From assembly GCA_965661345.1 (NCBI GenBank), contig CBFIDK010000001.1:74543-138542 (forward strand): a stretch of 64,000 nt of DNA. The letters are read 5' to 3'. The translations under genes and the position numbers were made by a program. Positions 1-10,156 of this stretch are shown here, one piece after another (the first letter of the stretch is position 1; every line of letters begins with the position of its first letter). The DNA comes from Flavobacteriales bacterium. GTDB lineage: Bacteria > Bacteroidota > Bacteroidia > Flavobacteriales > UBA7312. The notes beneath the pieces are model-generated. The model made no database searches, was not told the DNA's origin, and worked only from the letters and a program-made list of their open reading frames with translations.

Positions 1-156
1 ACCAGAAGTTGCTGTTGCGGTAGTTTCATAATATGGTGCTCTTAGAAAATCATATGTAAATCCTAAAATCAGACCTATCACAAAGAATATCGCAATGAAT
101 CTCCATTGTCTGTATAAAAAATTGAGAATAGATTTTAATAAATTAAATATGTCCAT
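1..156 (-). CDS. Partial CDS (N-terminus only, continues past window start): putative polysaccharide chain-length determinant (Wzz/PCP-like) membrane protein
   Basis: Not in the ORF track because it runs off the window. A minus-strand ATG at 156 lies 5 nt after the stop of the upstream Wzy-like gene. Hand translation: MDIFNLLKSILNFLYRQWRFIAIFFVIGLILGFTYDFLRAPYYETTATATSG. This gives a short N-tail, one TM helix, then a P-x-Y-x-x-x-A type segment, which is the usual Wzz N-terminal layout. Locus context agrees. Confidence 0.35.
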   Translation of the reverse strand, partial: MDIFNLLKSILNFLYRQWRFIAIFFVIGLILGFTYDFLRAPYYETTATATSG

Positions 157-161
157 AGTAG

Positions 162-1379
162 CTAATTTTTAGTACTCAATTGATATTGAGCAGTTTTGCA
201 AATGTATATAAATATAAAAAGATAAATTGTCCAAATAAATAATGATGAACTTGAGGAAAATAATAATAAGTTAAACAAAACTATTTGAATGCTTAAATCA
301 AAGTCTTTATGAGTCCAACTAATAAACACAAGGTAAGTATTGAGTAATATATATCCTAAAACAGCAAGAACACCACTATTTATTAAGATTTCAAAAATGT
401 AAGAATGTGGATTAACAATATGTGACAAATTAGGATCATTTATCGTTTGAAAATATTGTAAGGAGTAATCAATACCATAACCCATTCCATAGCTAGAAAA
501 GATAGACAGTAATGAGTGTTTGTAGAGGAAAAGACGAATAGACGTCGATTGTCTATCTGAAAATAATAAGTCAGTTTTTAGCTCTTTAAAACTATCCAGA
601 GCCTGCATATACCAATTGGGTTCTAAAAAAATCACACCAATAAATATTATGAAAATTCCAATTACGGAAATTGATGCTAATTTTATTGGATACCTATATA
701 AAAGGTAAATCAACGAAACAACCAAAGAAATTCTACTTTGTGAATAATAAACTATCAATAAATGAATAGCTACTGCTGCAAAAAGCCAAATCATTGATTG
801 TTTCTTTTCTTTATCTAAAGTACTTAACAAATACATAAACATAAGTGTAAAAATAGATGCAAAGTCATTCGAATTAAAATAAACAACCGTAGGTGAATAA
901 GTGAGCCAATATGGCGCGTCAAATAAAACAGAAGTACTAAGATGATTACCTGTAAATATCTCGTAAAAAGCATATAATGCATACAGGATATAAAACACTA
1001 AAGTAATCTGATTAAAAACCTTAAAAAATCTATCTCTATTTGATAAAAACGCATTATACAAAGCGAAAATTAAGACAAGTAAAAAAGTAAAATTAAGAAT
1101 AGAAGTAAACTCGTAATCGTATGCAAATAAAGTATACCTAAAAAAAGTTACTATATAAGTGTGAAAAAATAAATAAAGAAAATAAAGCAAAGAAAAAATA
1201 AGTACTGGTTGTAAACTAACTTTCTGCTTTAACAAAACTACCTTTTGGAATAAAAGAACTGAAAAAAACAGTACGACTATTGGCAGTATTAACCTCAAAG
1301 GATAAAGATTTGGTCCTATCCCAAAAGCATTCATCAAATAAATAGATGACAAAAATAATATGAGTAGTAAACTAGTCAA
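162..1379 (-). CDS. Polytopic membrane protein, O-antigen polymerase/ligase (Wzy_C-like) family
   Basis: 405 aa with about 10 hydrophobic helices. It has a Wzy_C-like segment (YYSQSRISLVVSLIYLLY), is extremely AT-rich and sits in the glycan locus. Polymerase and ligase cannot be told apart by eye. Confidence 0.6.
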   Translation of the reverse strand: MTSLLLILFLSSIYLMNAFGIGPNLYPLRLILPIVVLFFSVLLFQKVVLLKQKVSLQPVLIFSLLYFLYLFFHTYIVTFFRYTLFAYDYEFTSILNFTFLLVLIFALYNAFLSNRDRFFKVFNQITLVFYILYALYAFYEIFTGNHLSTSVLFDAPYWLTYSPTVVYFNSNDFASIFTLMFMYLLSTLDKEKKQSMIWLFAAVAIHLLIVYYSQSRISLVVSLIYLLYRYPIKLASISVIGIFIIFIGVIFLEPNWYMQALDSFKELKTDLLFSDRQSTSIRLFLYKHSLLSIFSSYGMGYGIDYSLQYFQTINDPNLSHIVNPHSYIFEILINSGVLAVLGYILLNTYLVFISWTHKDFDLSIQIVLFNLLLFSSSSSLFIWTIYLFIFIYICKTAQYQLSTKN

Positions 1380-2481
1380 TGGATAAGTTTACAGATTTAA
1401 ATTTCATATTGATGTACAATAACATTAACCAAAACAAAGAGTTAATAAAAAGTATTGACTCGACCATGCCAAGTAAAAAAACTGGTATTATAATTATTAA
1501 AAAATCGTTATAACGAGAAATGTAAAATTTAATGTATTTGTATATCATCAGAAATACATAAAAGATAACAAAGAAAACTCCTAAGTTAGAAGATTCGTTA
1601 ATATATGAGTTATGAGCAGACTTCCCATCAACAAATGTAGTAGATGGGCCACTACCAAAAAGCAAGTGAGTACCATCATTCAGCATATTACTTATAATTT
1701 TTGACCATATTTCAAATCTACCAGATGAACCTGATTTCTGAATTTTATTAACTAATTTAATGTCAGAATCTATCAAAAAGGCATTAAATGCTATTATGCT
1801 TACAAGCAAAATACCTACCCCTAAAAGACTATAAAAACTAAGTCGATTAACAGACTTTGACATTTTTATTAGGTAAAGAATTAAAAAAACTAATATGAAA
1901 AGTAATGAACCACGAGAATTAGTAAAAATTAAGAAGGGTAATAACGAGAACACATAAACCCATTTAAACACCGATTTCTTAAAACTCAAAACAGAAAAAG
2001 CTATCATAAAAGCAATAAACATTCCAAATGAATTAGAATTAATAAAAATTCCAGATGCTTTTTCAAAGCCCAATAGCTCTGGATATCCAATTCTCATAAG
2101 ATACCAAGAAGATGCTAAGACACCATAAGAGAAAAATACTAATAATTTATTCAAAAGATTAGTATTAAAACTAATACCAGTAATTGAAAATAGAGATAAA
2201 ATAATTATTATAAAAACAGCTGTATTATAACCTCCTAAGTGTAGATGACTAGAAGATATTACACTTAAAATACAAAACACTACACATGGAACAATAAATA
2301 ATAGCGCACCAAAATCGTATTTGAATTTCTTAAAGTTAAAGGCAATTAAAAAGAAAAAACACAGAAGAATAATTTCATTAAGAAAAGGGAAAAATAAATC
2401 TACAAATGAATCAGAAAGAGTTGCACACATAAATATTATAGAAAATAGCAAAGAATTTATATGTGAAAAAGATATCTTCAT
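1372..2481 (-). CDS. Polytopic membrane protein, O-antigen ligase/polymerase (Wzy_C-like) family, second copy
   Basis: 369 aa, polytopic, with the motif IFTNSRGSLLFILVFLILY typical of Wzy_C/O-antigen-ligase domains. It overlaps the downstream gene by 8 nt. Confidence 0.6.
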   Translation of the reverse strand: MKISFSHINSLLFSIIFMCATLSDSFVDLFFPFLNEIILLCFFFLIAFNFKKFKYDFGALLFIVPCVVFCILSVISSSHLHLGGYNTAVFIIIILSLFSITGISFNTNLLNKLLVFFSYGVLASSWYLMRIGYPELLGFEKASGIFINSNSFGMFIAFMIAFSVLSFKKSVFKWVYVFSLLPFLIFTNSRGSLLFILVFLILYLIKMSKSVNRLSFYSLLGVGILLVSIIAFNAFLIDSDIKLVNKIQKSGSSGRFEIWSKIISNMLNDGTHLLFGSGPSTTFVDGKSAHNSYINESSNLGVFFVIFYVFLMIYKYIKFYISRYNDFLIIIIPVFLLGMVESILFINSLFWLMLLYINMKFKSVNLSID

Positions 2482-3617
2482 CAGCTGTTTTTACTCTCTT
2501 TAAATATTGAAATTAATCGAGATGAAATAACATCCTCAGAAAAATTATCAATAACGTATTTTCTAATGTATGATGAATCAAATTCAGCATTTGTTATTTT
2601 AAGTAATTCATGCTCCAGATTTTCTAAATCACATAAAACACCAAGTTTTGAGTCAGTAATTATAGACTCTGGCCCACCTGATTTGGAAGAAATAACTGGA
2701 ACACCACAAGACATGGCTTCTATAAGAACAACACCAAAAGTTTCGTGAAAACTAGACAACACAAAACAATCCGAACGTTGTATTTCTAATTTTACTTGAT
2801 CTCTTTTTTGCCTACCCAACAAATGAACCTGACTATTTAACTCTTCATTATTTATAAAAGCTGATAGTTTTTTAAATTCTGGACCATCTCCCACAATTCT
2901 GAGATGATAGTTTTCTTGACCAAAGAATGTTTTTTTAAACGCCTTTATCAGCCCAATTTGATTCTTATTTTTATCCAAATTTGCAATATTCAAAAAGGTA
3001 AATATTTTATTTTCAGCCTTTTTTAATTGTGGTTTAAAGAAGTGCGTATCAACAACATTTGGAATATAAGTGAACTGCTTTCTAAACTTATCTGTTAGTA
3101 GAGCACAAAATGGCTCACTCACAGCAACATTATGCTGGCTTTTTGAATACACTTCTTCAGCTAAATCAATAGCATTCTTGTTGTAGTTATTTCTAACAAA
3201 ACCTGAGGAATGTTCAGTAACAATAAAAGAAATTTTATATGTTTCTTTAATCCAAATGGCAATCTCACCAGCTAGAAAGGTATGAACATGGATGATGTCA
3301 GGAGTGCCATTTTCTTCAATATATTTTTTAAATAATTGTTTGCCTTTTTCAAGTCTTACTCTTGCTGTTCTTTTTTTCAGTTTGGGGTAAGATATGAATG
3401 GCTTTACATAGGTTGGAATACCGCTATCGTTATAGAATTCATCAGAAAAATTAAAACGTTTGCTCTTTAAAATATTGGGAATAGTTATAGGCATAGGACA
3501 AATTACTCCAACCTTACAACCATTACTTAGCAAGGCTTTAGCCTGATCAAAATAGAATAGTGAATTGACAGGATTAAACTTATTTTTATAAGCTGTTGTT
3601 ATGAGTAAAACATGCAT
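2481..3617 (-). CDS. Glycosyltransferase, GT4 (GT-B fold) family
   Basis: 378 aa. It has the RIVGDGPE block and the E-x7-E signature ETFGVVLIEAMSCGVPVISS. Its start overlaps the stop of the upstream flippase gene by 1 nt. Confidence 0.8.
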   Translation of the reverse strand: MHVLLITTAYKNKFNPVNSLFYFDQAKALLSNGCKVGVICPMPITIPNILKSKRFNFSDEFYNDSGIPTYVKPFISYPKLKKRTARVRLEKGKQLFKKYIEENGTPDIIHVHTFLAGEIAIWIKETYKISFIVTEHSSGFVRNNYNKNAIDLAEEVYSKSQHNVAVSEPFCALLTDKFRKQFTYIPNVVDTHFFKPQLKKAENKIFTFLNIANLDKNKNQIGLIKAFKKTFFGQENYHLRIVGDGPEFKKLSAFINNEELNSQVHLLGRQKRDQVKLEIQRSDCFVLSSFHETFGVVLIEAMSCGVPVISSKSGGPESIITDSKLGVLCDLENLEHELLKITNAEFDSSYIRKYVIDNFSEDVISSRLISIFKESKNS

Positions 3618-4933
3618 TAGCCTTTCTTTAAAATTAAAACAAGTTTATTTTTATACAATTGAATATCAGATCTTTTGAGAATAATAAAATCCGAAAATAA
3701 CACCTTATTTTTCACTGAAAAAACAATGGATTTTATAATGACATCTAACACATAAGCGCAAGAAGTTGCCAAGGCAGCTCCTTTAATACCGTAAGCAGGT
3801 ATTAACCAAAGATTCAACAATAGATTTGTAATAGCAATAACAATTGCAATATAAGTATTAATCTCAGGTTGCCCACGACCCGTAAAATCATTGGCTAAAA
3901 CTCTTCCCATTGAAAAGATAACTACCCCAGGAATCAATATTAAAAAAGGAACAACACTTTGCATATATTCTTCTCCGAATAGTAGCACTATCAACCAATG
4001 GCTAAATACAGCTAAAAATAAGCCACCTAAGACTGAAATAAATAAAGTGTTTCGGGAAGCTAAGGATGTGAACTTATTTTTAGAGCCATCGTCATCTAGG
4101 TTAGCAACACGAGCAAACAATACGGCCGATACTGATTGAGATACCATCCAAATTCGCTCAGATAATAATACCGCAATAGAATATATTCCTACAGAAGCAT
4201 CGTCTAAAAAATAGGCAATCAAAAACATATCTAGCCTGTAATTTAAAAATGTAAGCACATTGCTAAAGTGCCCTTTTATCCCAAAATAAAAACTCTCTCT
4301 AAGATAGGTAATAGAGTATTTTTTAGGCCAAAATAAATTATAAGACTTTTTCAAAAAATAGAATGTAACGATAAGCATAAGCAGTTGTGCGGCAGCAAAA
4401 CTAACTATTGCACCAAGTATACCCCAGCCTAGAAACCAAACAAATAATAATGAAAAAACAAGAAGGCCAAATTGATTGAGGATAACAATTATATTGAATT
4501 TTTCAAATTCTTCCTTCCCTTGAAATATGGTTGGTAAATTTTTTTGAATAAACAAAATAGGCAAGATCATCAATACATAAAGCATCAGTTTTGCGCTAAT
4601 ATTCTCAAACAAAAAATCTTTGAAAAAAAAGACGATGAGTATTCCTATTAAAATAGAAAACAAACTAAGAATTAAGGATGTAAATAAATTTGTTGAATAT
4701 ATTTCTTCGTCAGAATACTTTTTTTTACCAACAAAAAAAACAGTTGAAGTAGATAGTCCAGCATTGAAAAAGGTATATAGAATAGTCGGCAACAAAATAG
4801 CCAGTGTGTATTGCCCCTGTCCTTCCGCTCCTAATGATCTCGCTATTATCATTGTAGACAATATACCAAAGCCAATACTTAACACTTGCCTAGTAATGGT
4901 TAACAACGAATTATGAAACGCTCCTTTTTTCAT
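3617..4933 (-). CDS. Polysaccharide/oligosaccharide flippase, MOP superfamily (Wzx-like)
   Basis: 438 aa with about 12-14 TM helices. The N-terminus (LLTITRQVLSIGFGILSTMIIARSLGAEGQGQY) is typical of Polysacc_synt-type flippases. Confidence 0.7.
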   Translation of the reverse strand: MKKGAFHNSLLTITRQVLSIGFGILSTMIIARSLGAEGQGQYTLAILLPTILYTFFNAGLSTSTVFFVGKKKYSDEEIYSTNLFTSLILSLFSILIGILIVFFFKDFLFENISAKLMLYVLMILPILFIQKNLPTIFQGKEEFEKFNIIVILNQFGLLVFSLLFVWFLGWGILGAIVSFAAAQLLMLIVTFYFLKKSYNLFWPKKYSITYLRESFYFGIKGHFSNVLTFLNYRLDMFLIAYFLDDASVGIYSIAVLLSERIWMVSQSVSAVLFARVANLDDDGSKNKFTSLASRNTLFISVLGGLFLAVFSHWLIVLLFGEEYMQSVVPFLILIPGVVIFSMGRVLANDFTGRGQPEINTYIAIVIAITNLLLNLWLIPAYGIKGAALATSCAYVLDVIIKSIVFSVKNKVLFSDFIILKRSDIQLYKNKLVLILKKG

Positions 4934-4939
4934 ACCAGG

Positions 4940-6199
4940 CTATTTATTTTTAGCAATTCTTAAAATAATTATGATTCTGAAGATATAAAAAATTGACATT
5001 AAAAAACTAAATAAAAGTAAATAATCCTCAAAATTCCAAGAGAAAAAATAGGCATAACTAATTGTTCCCATTGAAACAATAAACATTATCAATTGTAAAA
5101 TGAAACTGAGTTTTTGTTTTTCAAATGCAGTATGAATACTTGTTAATGGTGAAGCTATGAATTTAAAAAGGAAAAAAGGAATTAAACACTTAGCATAAAC
5201 ACCTGACAACCTCCACTCTTCTCCAAAAACAAAAGCAAATAAATCTTCAACAACAAAATACGCTACTCCAAAAAACAATACAGATACTATTGATAATTGA
5301 ATGACCATTCGTTTGGTCAAGTTATAAGCCTGATTAGTCGTATTTCTTTGGTTTACAGCATCCTCTAAAAAAACTTGATTGATGGAATTACCCAAAAATG
5401 TAAAAGGAGTACCTAAAGCTCTATACATCAAAGAGTATAAGCCTAGTAAGGAAGTAGAATATAATATAGGAATGAGCAAGTTAACAGCATTAACGCTTAA
5501 ATTATTAAGTAGTATTGAAAAATTAGTGTATTTCGGAAAATCAATATACCTTTTAGCTACAGTTTTTAATGTTGAAAAATTAACTTTTAACAATTGTAAT
5601 TTTGAGGTTTTCCACAAATAATAAGTTGTAAAAAGGGATGAAATTATCTTTCCAATCATTAAGCCAAAAAGTCCAGACTTTAGAGCTGGAAAAACTATTT
5701 GAATAGAGGCAAATGATACTGAACGGTATATTTCAGAGTTTGAAATAGATTTGAATTCCTTTTTTCTAAGTTGATAATAATTCAAAGTATTATAAACTCC
5801 AATTGAAAAGACAACCAATGGAATAAAATATATCCAAAAGACTAATTTAGGTTCATTTAAAATTTCTAAAAAAAAAGACGAAAAAAACAGGAAGAACAGT
5901 AATAGAATACTACTTACAATTAGACTTATAAGTAAGGACAAACTTGTTAAATGATTAGCTTCTTCTTCAGATTTTACTAAAACGAGAGCTTGTTCGTAAC
6001 GGCCATTTACAATTGACCCCAAAATGGTAGAAATCGAAGTAAATAAGGCCAAAACTCCTAACTCTCTTGGTGTATATAACCTGGTAATAACAGGAGATAT
6101 AAGTATAGGAATTATTTGAGAAATAGCAGACCCTTTAAACAGAGTAAATATATTCGTATAGAATAGAGAATCTTTAAATACTTTTTTTAAACCTGCCAT
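4940..6199 (-). CDS. Second oligosaccharide flippase (Wzx-like, MOP superfamily)
   Basis: 419 aa, polytopic. The N-terminus (FKGSAISQIIPILISPVITRLYTPRELGVLALF) is typical of Wzx/LPS-biosynthesis flippases. Confidence 0.6.
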   Translation of the reverse strand: MAGLKKVFKDSLFYTNIFTLFKGSAISQIIPILISPVITRLYTPRELGVLALFTSISTILGSIVNGRYEQALVLVKSEEEANHLTSLSLLISLIVSSILLLFFLFFSSFFLEILNEPKLVFWIYFIPLVVFSIGVYNTLNYYQLRKKEFKSISNSEIYRSVSFASIQIVFPALKSGLFGLMIGKIISSLFTTYYLWKTSKLQLLKVNFSTLKTVAKRYIDFPKYTNFSILLNNLSVNAVNLLIPILYSTSLLGLYSLMYRALGTPFTFLGNSINQVFLEDAVNQRNTTNQAYNLTKRMVIQLSIVSVLFFGVAYFVVEDLFAFVFGEEWRLSGVYAKCLIPFFLFKFIASPLTSIHTAFEKQKLSFILQLIMFIVSMGTISYAYFFSWNFEDYLLLFSFLMSIFYIFRIIIILRIAKNK

Positions 6200-6225
6200 A
6201 GTTGTTTAGACAACAATTCTATCCA

Positions 6226-7311
6226 CTAAAAAAACCTTGTAATATATGTTTGTTGTTCATCAGTTATAAATGGACTCATAGGCAATGAAAATACTTCATT
6301 GGCTGCTTTTTCTGAAACTGGAAAATCACCAAGCTTATGATTAAGAGACTCAAAGCATGTTTGAAGATGTAGAGGTTTTGGATAATGTATAGCCGTTGGA
6401 ACGCCATTATCATTTAATTTTGACAGTAGTTCCTCTCTATTTTCAGATTGCAAAGTAAATTGAGCAAAAACACTTGTTCTTCCATCTTTTATAGTTGGTA
6501 ACTTGAGTCCCTTATCCTTGAGTAAATCCATATACTTTTGGCCTTTTTCTCCTCTTAATTGGACTTCATTATCAAAATACTTGAGCTTTACATCTAATAT
6601 AGCTGCTTGAATAGCATCCAAACGACCATTTATTCCAATTACTTCATGATCGTATCTTCGTTTAGAGCCGTGCGCTAAGAAAAGTCGTGCTTTTTCTGCT
6701 AGTTCATCATCATTGGTAAAAAGTGCACCACCATCACCATAACAGCCTAAAGGCTTTGAAGGAAAAAAACTTGTACATCCAAAATGACTTAGATTACAGC
6801 TTTTTTTACCCTTGTAGGTTGCGCCAAAACTTTGTGCTGCATCTTCTATAACTATTAGGTTATGTTTTTCTGCAATAGCATTAATTTTATCCATATCGGC
6901 AATTTGACCGTAAAGGGATACTGGCATAATTGCTTTTGTTCTGGACGTAATTTTAGCTTCAATTAATTCGGCATTGATGTTATAGGTGTCGGCTTCTATA
7001 TCAACAAAAACAGGGATTGCACCTAACAAGCTAATTACCTCACTTGATGCAATGAATGTAAAAGGCGTTGTTATTATTTCATCATTTGGCTTTATTCCTA
7101 TCGCCATTAGAGCTAATAACAGAGCGTCTGTTCCACTCGCACAACCAATGGCATGCTTTGCGCCTACATATTCAGACAAATTCTCTTCAAATTGTTTAAC
7201 TGAAGGCCCCATAATATATTGAGAGGTATCTAAAATATTATGAATTGCTGAATCGATTTCTTCTTTGTATGTTTTATACTGTGATTGTAAATCAATGAAA
7301 GGTATCTCCAT
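6226..7311 (-). CDS. wbpE: DegT/DnrJ/EryC1-type PLP aminotransferase, WbpE-like (UDP-2-acetamido-2-deoxy-3-oxo-glucuronate aminotransferase)
   Basis: 361 aa. The blocks AIMPVSLYGQ, VIEDAAQSFGATYKGKKSCNLS and CTSFFPSKPLGCYGDGGALFTNDDELA closely track Pseudomonas WbpE as I remember it. It lies in wbpA-B-D-E order. Confidence 0.85.
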   Translation of the reverse strand: MEIPFIDLQSQYKTYKEEIDSAIHNILDTSQYIMGPSVKQFEENLSEYVGAKHAIGCASGTDALLLALMAIGIKPNDEIITTPFTFIASSEVISLLGAIPVFVDIEADTYNINAELIEAKITSRTKAIMPVSLYGQIADMDKINAIAEKHNLIVIEDAAQSFGATYKGKKSCNLSHFGCTSFFPSKPLGCYGDGGALFTNDDELAEKARLFLAHGSKRRYDHEVIGINGRLDAIQAAILDVKLKYFDNEVQLRGEKGQKYMDLLKDKGLKLPTIKDGRTSVFAQFTLQSENREELLSKLNDNGVPTAIHYPKPLHLQTCFESLNHKLGDFPVSEKAANEVFSLPMSPFITDEQQTYITRFF

Positions 7312-7314
7312 AAA

Positions 7315-7884
7315 CTAAAGAATTTGAATTGAACCGTTAGATAATTTATACGTTGTATTATCGAACGTATCTATTGCTATATTATTATCATTAAATACTA
7401 ATCTATTGCCGGCTTTACTAACCCAGCCTTGATGTTTTGCAGGAACACCATATATCATTTCAAAAGGCTTTACATCTTTTGTCACCACACTACCTGCTCC
7501 AATCAGGGCATACTCACCGACGGTAATTCCACAAACTATTGTAGCATTTGCACCTACTGTGCAACCTTTCTTCAATAATGTTTTTTGGAATTCTTCTTTG
7601 CGAACAATAAAACTTCTAGGGTTTATAACATTTGTGAAGACCATTGAAGGTCCTAAGAAAACATCATCTTCTATCTCTACGCCTTCAAAAATTGAAACAT
7701 TATTCTGAACCTTTACTCCGTTTCCTATTGTAACATTTGGACCAACAACACAGTTTTGACCGAAAGAACTGCGCTCTCCAATTACTGTATTGTTAAGAAT
7801 ATGAGAAAAATGCCAAACTTTTGTTCCTTCTCCGATACTGACATTTTCATCAATCACAGAACTACTATGAATAAAATAACTCAT
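7315..7884 (-). CDS. wbpD: Hexapeptide-repeat (left-handed beta-helix) N-acetyltransferase, WbpD-like
   Basis: 189 aa with VWHFSHI, GPSMVFTNVINPRS and GANATIVCGITVGEYALIGAGSVV. It overlaps wbpB-like by 4 nt. Confidence 0.8.
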   Translation of the reverse strand: MSYFIHSSSVIDENVSIGEGTKVWHFSHILNNTVIGERSSFGQNCVVGPNVTIGNGVKVQNNVSIFEGVEIEDDVFLGPSMVFTNVINPRSFIVRKEEFQKTLLKKGCTVGANATIVCGITVGEYALIGAGSVVTKDVKPFEMIYGVPAKHQGWVSKAGNRLVFNDNNIAIDTFDNTTYKLSNGSIQIL

Positions 7885-8831
7885 AATTTACAAAATGGAT
7901 GATAATCTCCTTTTAACCCTACAGGTTGAGAATTTCTTATATCGTGCACTATATCTATTGAAGTTTTTGCTTCCATCAATTTAAATCCATTGCCTGCCAA
8001 AACTGCCTCATAACTCTTAGTATGAAGATCGGTAAATGTTCCGCTAAATTCTATTTCTTTTCCTTCGACAGTTATTGATCGATATGTTCTTTGCCCAGTT
8101 GATTTAATATGTTCGGGTATTAAATCATAATTCACACTTAGAAACCAACGTACTCTTGCTCTTTCTAATTCTAAAAATCCTGCTGCCTTATCATCATCAG
8201 AAACGTGACAAACATTCTGTTTAACTGAACCGAAAATCCATGTCAGCATATCAAAAAAATGAATGCCAATATTAGTAGCAATTCCACCAGATTTAGATTC
8301 ATCACCTTTCCAGGAAATAAAATACCACTTTCCTCTACTCGCTAAATAAGTAAGATCGATATCATAGATTTTATCTTTTGGGCCATTTTCAACTTTTTCT
8401 TTTAATGCAATTATCGATGGGTGAAGTCTTAATTGAAGAATGTTATTAATAGTATGACCTGTTCGTTTCTCGACCTCTGCCAAAGCCTCAATATTCCATG
8501 GGTTTAAGACCAATGGTTTTTCACATATAACATCCGAACCATTTCTTAAAGCTAAACGAATGTGAGCATCATGAAGGTAGTTTGGAGAACATATACTGAC
8601 ATAATCTATCTTTGAATTTGAGCGCCTTAACTTGTCCAAATGACGATCAAATCGTTCTGGTTCTGTAAAAAAATTTGCCTCAGGAAAATAACTGTCCATT
8701 ACTCCTACACAATCAAATTTATCAAGTGCAACTGATAAATTATTGCCTGTGTCTTTAATAGCTTTCATATGCCTAGTGGCAATATATCCAGCCGCACCTA
8801 TTAATGCAAAATTTTTCACTATAACCTCCAA
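7881..8831 (-). CDS. wbpB: Gfo/Idh/MocA oxidoreductase, WbpB-like (UDP-GlcNAcA 3-dehydrogenase)
   Basis: 316 aa. It has the Rossmann start FALIGAAGYIATRHMKAIK plus YVSICSPNYLH, ICEKPL and NIGIHFFDML. The order and motifs match WbpB. Confidence 0.8.
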   Translation of the reverse strand: MEVIVKNFALIGAAGYIATRHMKAIKDTGNNLSVALDKFDCVGVMDSYFPEANFFTEPERFDRHLDKLRRSNSKIDYVSICSPNYLHDAHIRLALRNGSDVICEKPLVLNPWNIEALAEVEKRTGHTINNILQLRLHPSIIALKEKVENGPKDKIYDIDLTYLASRGKWYFISWKGDESKSGGIATNIGIHFFDMLTWIFGSVKQNVCHVSDDDKAAGFLELERARVRWFLSVNYDLIPEHIKSTGQRTYRSITVEGKEIEFSGTFTDLHTKSYEAVLAGNGFKLMEAKTSIDIVHDIRNSQPVGLKGDYHPFCKL

Positions 8832-10084
8832 CTTGGTTCATCAACTATTCCTTTTACATCCAAAATAATCGGAGTTCCAGAAGAAATTGATTTATAGTTT
8901 TCATTATTTAGTTCAGTAAATTGATGATGCGCTACGGAAACAATGATAGCATCATATAATTTATCAGACTTGAATGGATTTGAAATTAATTCTCTATCGT
9001 ATTCAGATGACATTTCTTTTTTATCAACCCATGGGTCGTAAATATGCACATTACATCCAAAATCTTCAAGTTCATCAACAATATCAATAACTTTTGTATT
9101 TCTAATATCAGGACAATTCTCTTTAAAAGTAAAACCCATTATTAAAATATCGGAGTCTTTAATTTTTTTATCGTAATCAACTAAGAAATGGACGGTCTTC
9201 TTGGCTATATAAGCAGACATCCCATTATTTATTTGTCTTGAAGAAAGTATTAAGTTAGGCTTATATCCTAATTTCTGTGCTTTATATGTAAGGTAATACG
9301 GGTCTACTCCTATGCAATGTCCTCCAACTAATCCGGGTTGAAATTTTAGAAAATTCCATTTTGTTCCTGCAGCTTTTAAAACCTCATTTGATGAAATCCC
9401 CATTGCGTCAAAAATTAAGGCTAGCTCATTAACTAAAGCAATATTCACATCTCTTTGTGTGTTTTCAATAACCTTTGCCGCTTCTGCAACCTTTATCGAT
9501 GATGCTTTATAGGTTCCAGCTGTAATAATAGTGGCGTACAAGTCATCTACTACTTTAGCTGTTTCCTCATTTGAACCACTTGTAATTTTTAAAATCTTAG
9601 TTAAAGTACGTTCTTTATCACCAGGATTTATCCTTTCCGGACTATAGCCACAGAAGAAGTCTTTATTGAAAGTTAATCCTGATTCTTTTTCTAAAATCGG
9701 CACACATTCATCTTCTGTTACACCAGGGTAAACTGTAGATTCATAAATGACTATATCGCCTTTTTTAATAACAGACCCCACAGAATGACTAGAACTAATA
9801 AGCGGAGTTAAATCAGGAAGATTCTTTTTATTAATTGGTGTTGGAACTGTTATGATAAATATGTTACAGTCTTTAGCATCGTTAATATCAGTAGTGTAGC
9901 TTAGATGTGTGGCTGACTCCAAGTCCTCTTTAGTCATTTCTAAAGTTCTGTCGAAACCTGTTTTGAGTTCATCAATCCGATCTAGATTGATATCTATTCC
10001 AATTGTAGTAATTTTTTTTCCAAATTCAACGGCCAAAGGGATACCAACATACCCCAACCCAATCACTGCAATTTTATGATTCAT
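8819..10084 (-). CDS. wbpA: UDP-N-acetyl-D-glucosamine 6-dehydrogenase (nucleotide-sugar dehydrogenase), WbpA-like
   Basis: 421 aa. It has the N-terminal IAVIGLGYVGIPLA and a catalytic Cys block (LVGGHCIGVDPYYL). It is the first gene of the wbp block. Confidence 0.8.
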   Translation of the reverse strand: MNHKIAVIGLGYVGIPLAVEFGKKITTIGIDINLDRIDELKTGFDRTLEMTKEDLESATHLSYTTDINDAKDCNIFIITVPTPINKKNLPDLTPLISSSHSVGSVIKKGDIVIYESTVYPGVTEDECVPILEKESGLTFNKDFFCGYSPERINPGDKERTLTKILKITSGSNEETAKVVDDLYATIITAGTYKASSIKVAEAAKVIENTQRDVNIALVNELALIFDAMGISSNEVLKAAGTKWNFLKFQPGLVGGHCIGVDPYYLTYKAQKLGYKPNLILSSRQINNGMSAYIAKKTVHFLVDYDKKIKDSDILIMGFTFKENCPDIRNTKVIDIVDELEDFGCNVHIYDPWVDKKEMSSEYDRELISNPFKSDKLYDAIIVSVAHHQFTELNNENYKSISSGTPIILDVKGIVDEPSWRL

Positions 10085-10094
10085 CTAAGACTAT

Positions 10095-10128
10095 TTAAAA
10101 AATTAAAGAGTCTTCAAATGAAGACTCT
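10095..10128 (-). terminator. Perfect 10-bp-stem hairpin followed (on minus strand) by a T-rich run. Either the gldN terminator or a structured wbpA leader.
   Basis: AGAGTCTTCA-AA-TGAAGACTCT at 10107-10128. On the minus strand it is followed by TTAATTTTTT. It lies between the gldN stop (10157) and the wbpA start (10084). Confidence 0.5.
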
Positions 10129-10156
10129 AAAAGTTAATATCGGAAATATTTCAAAA

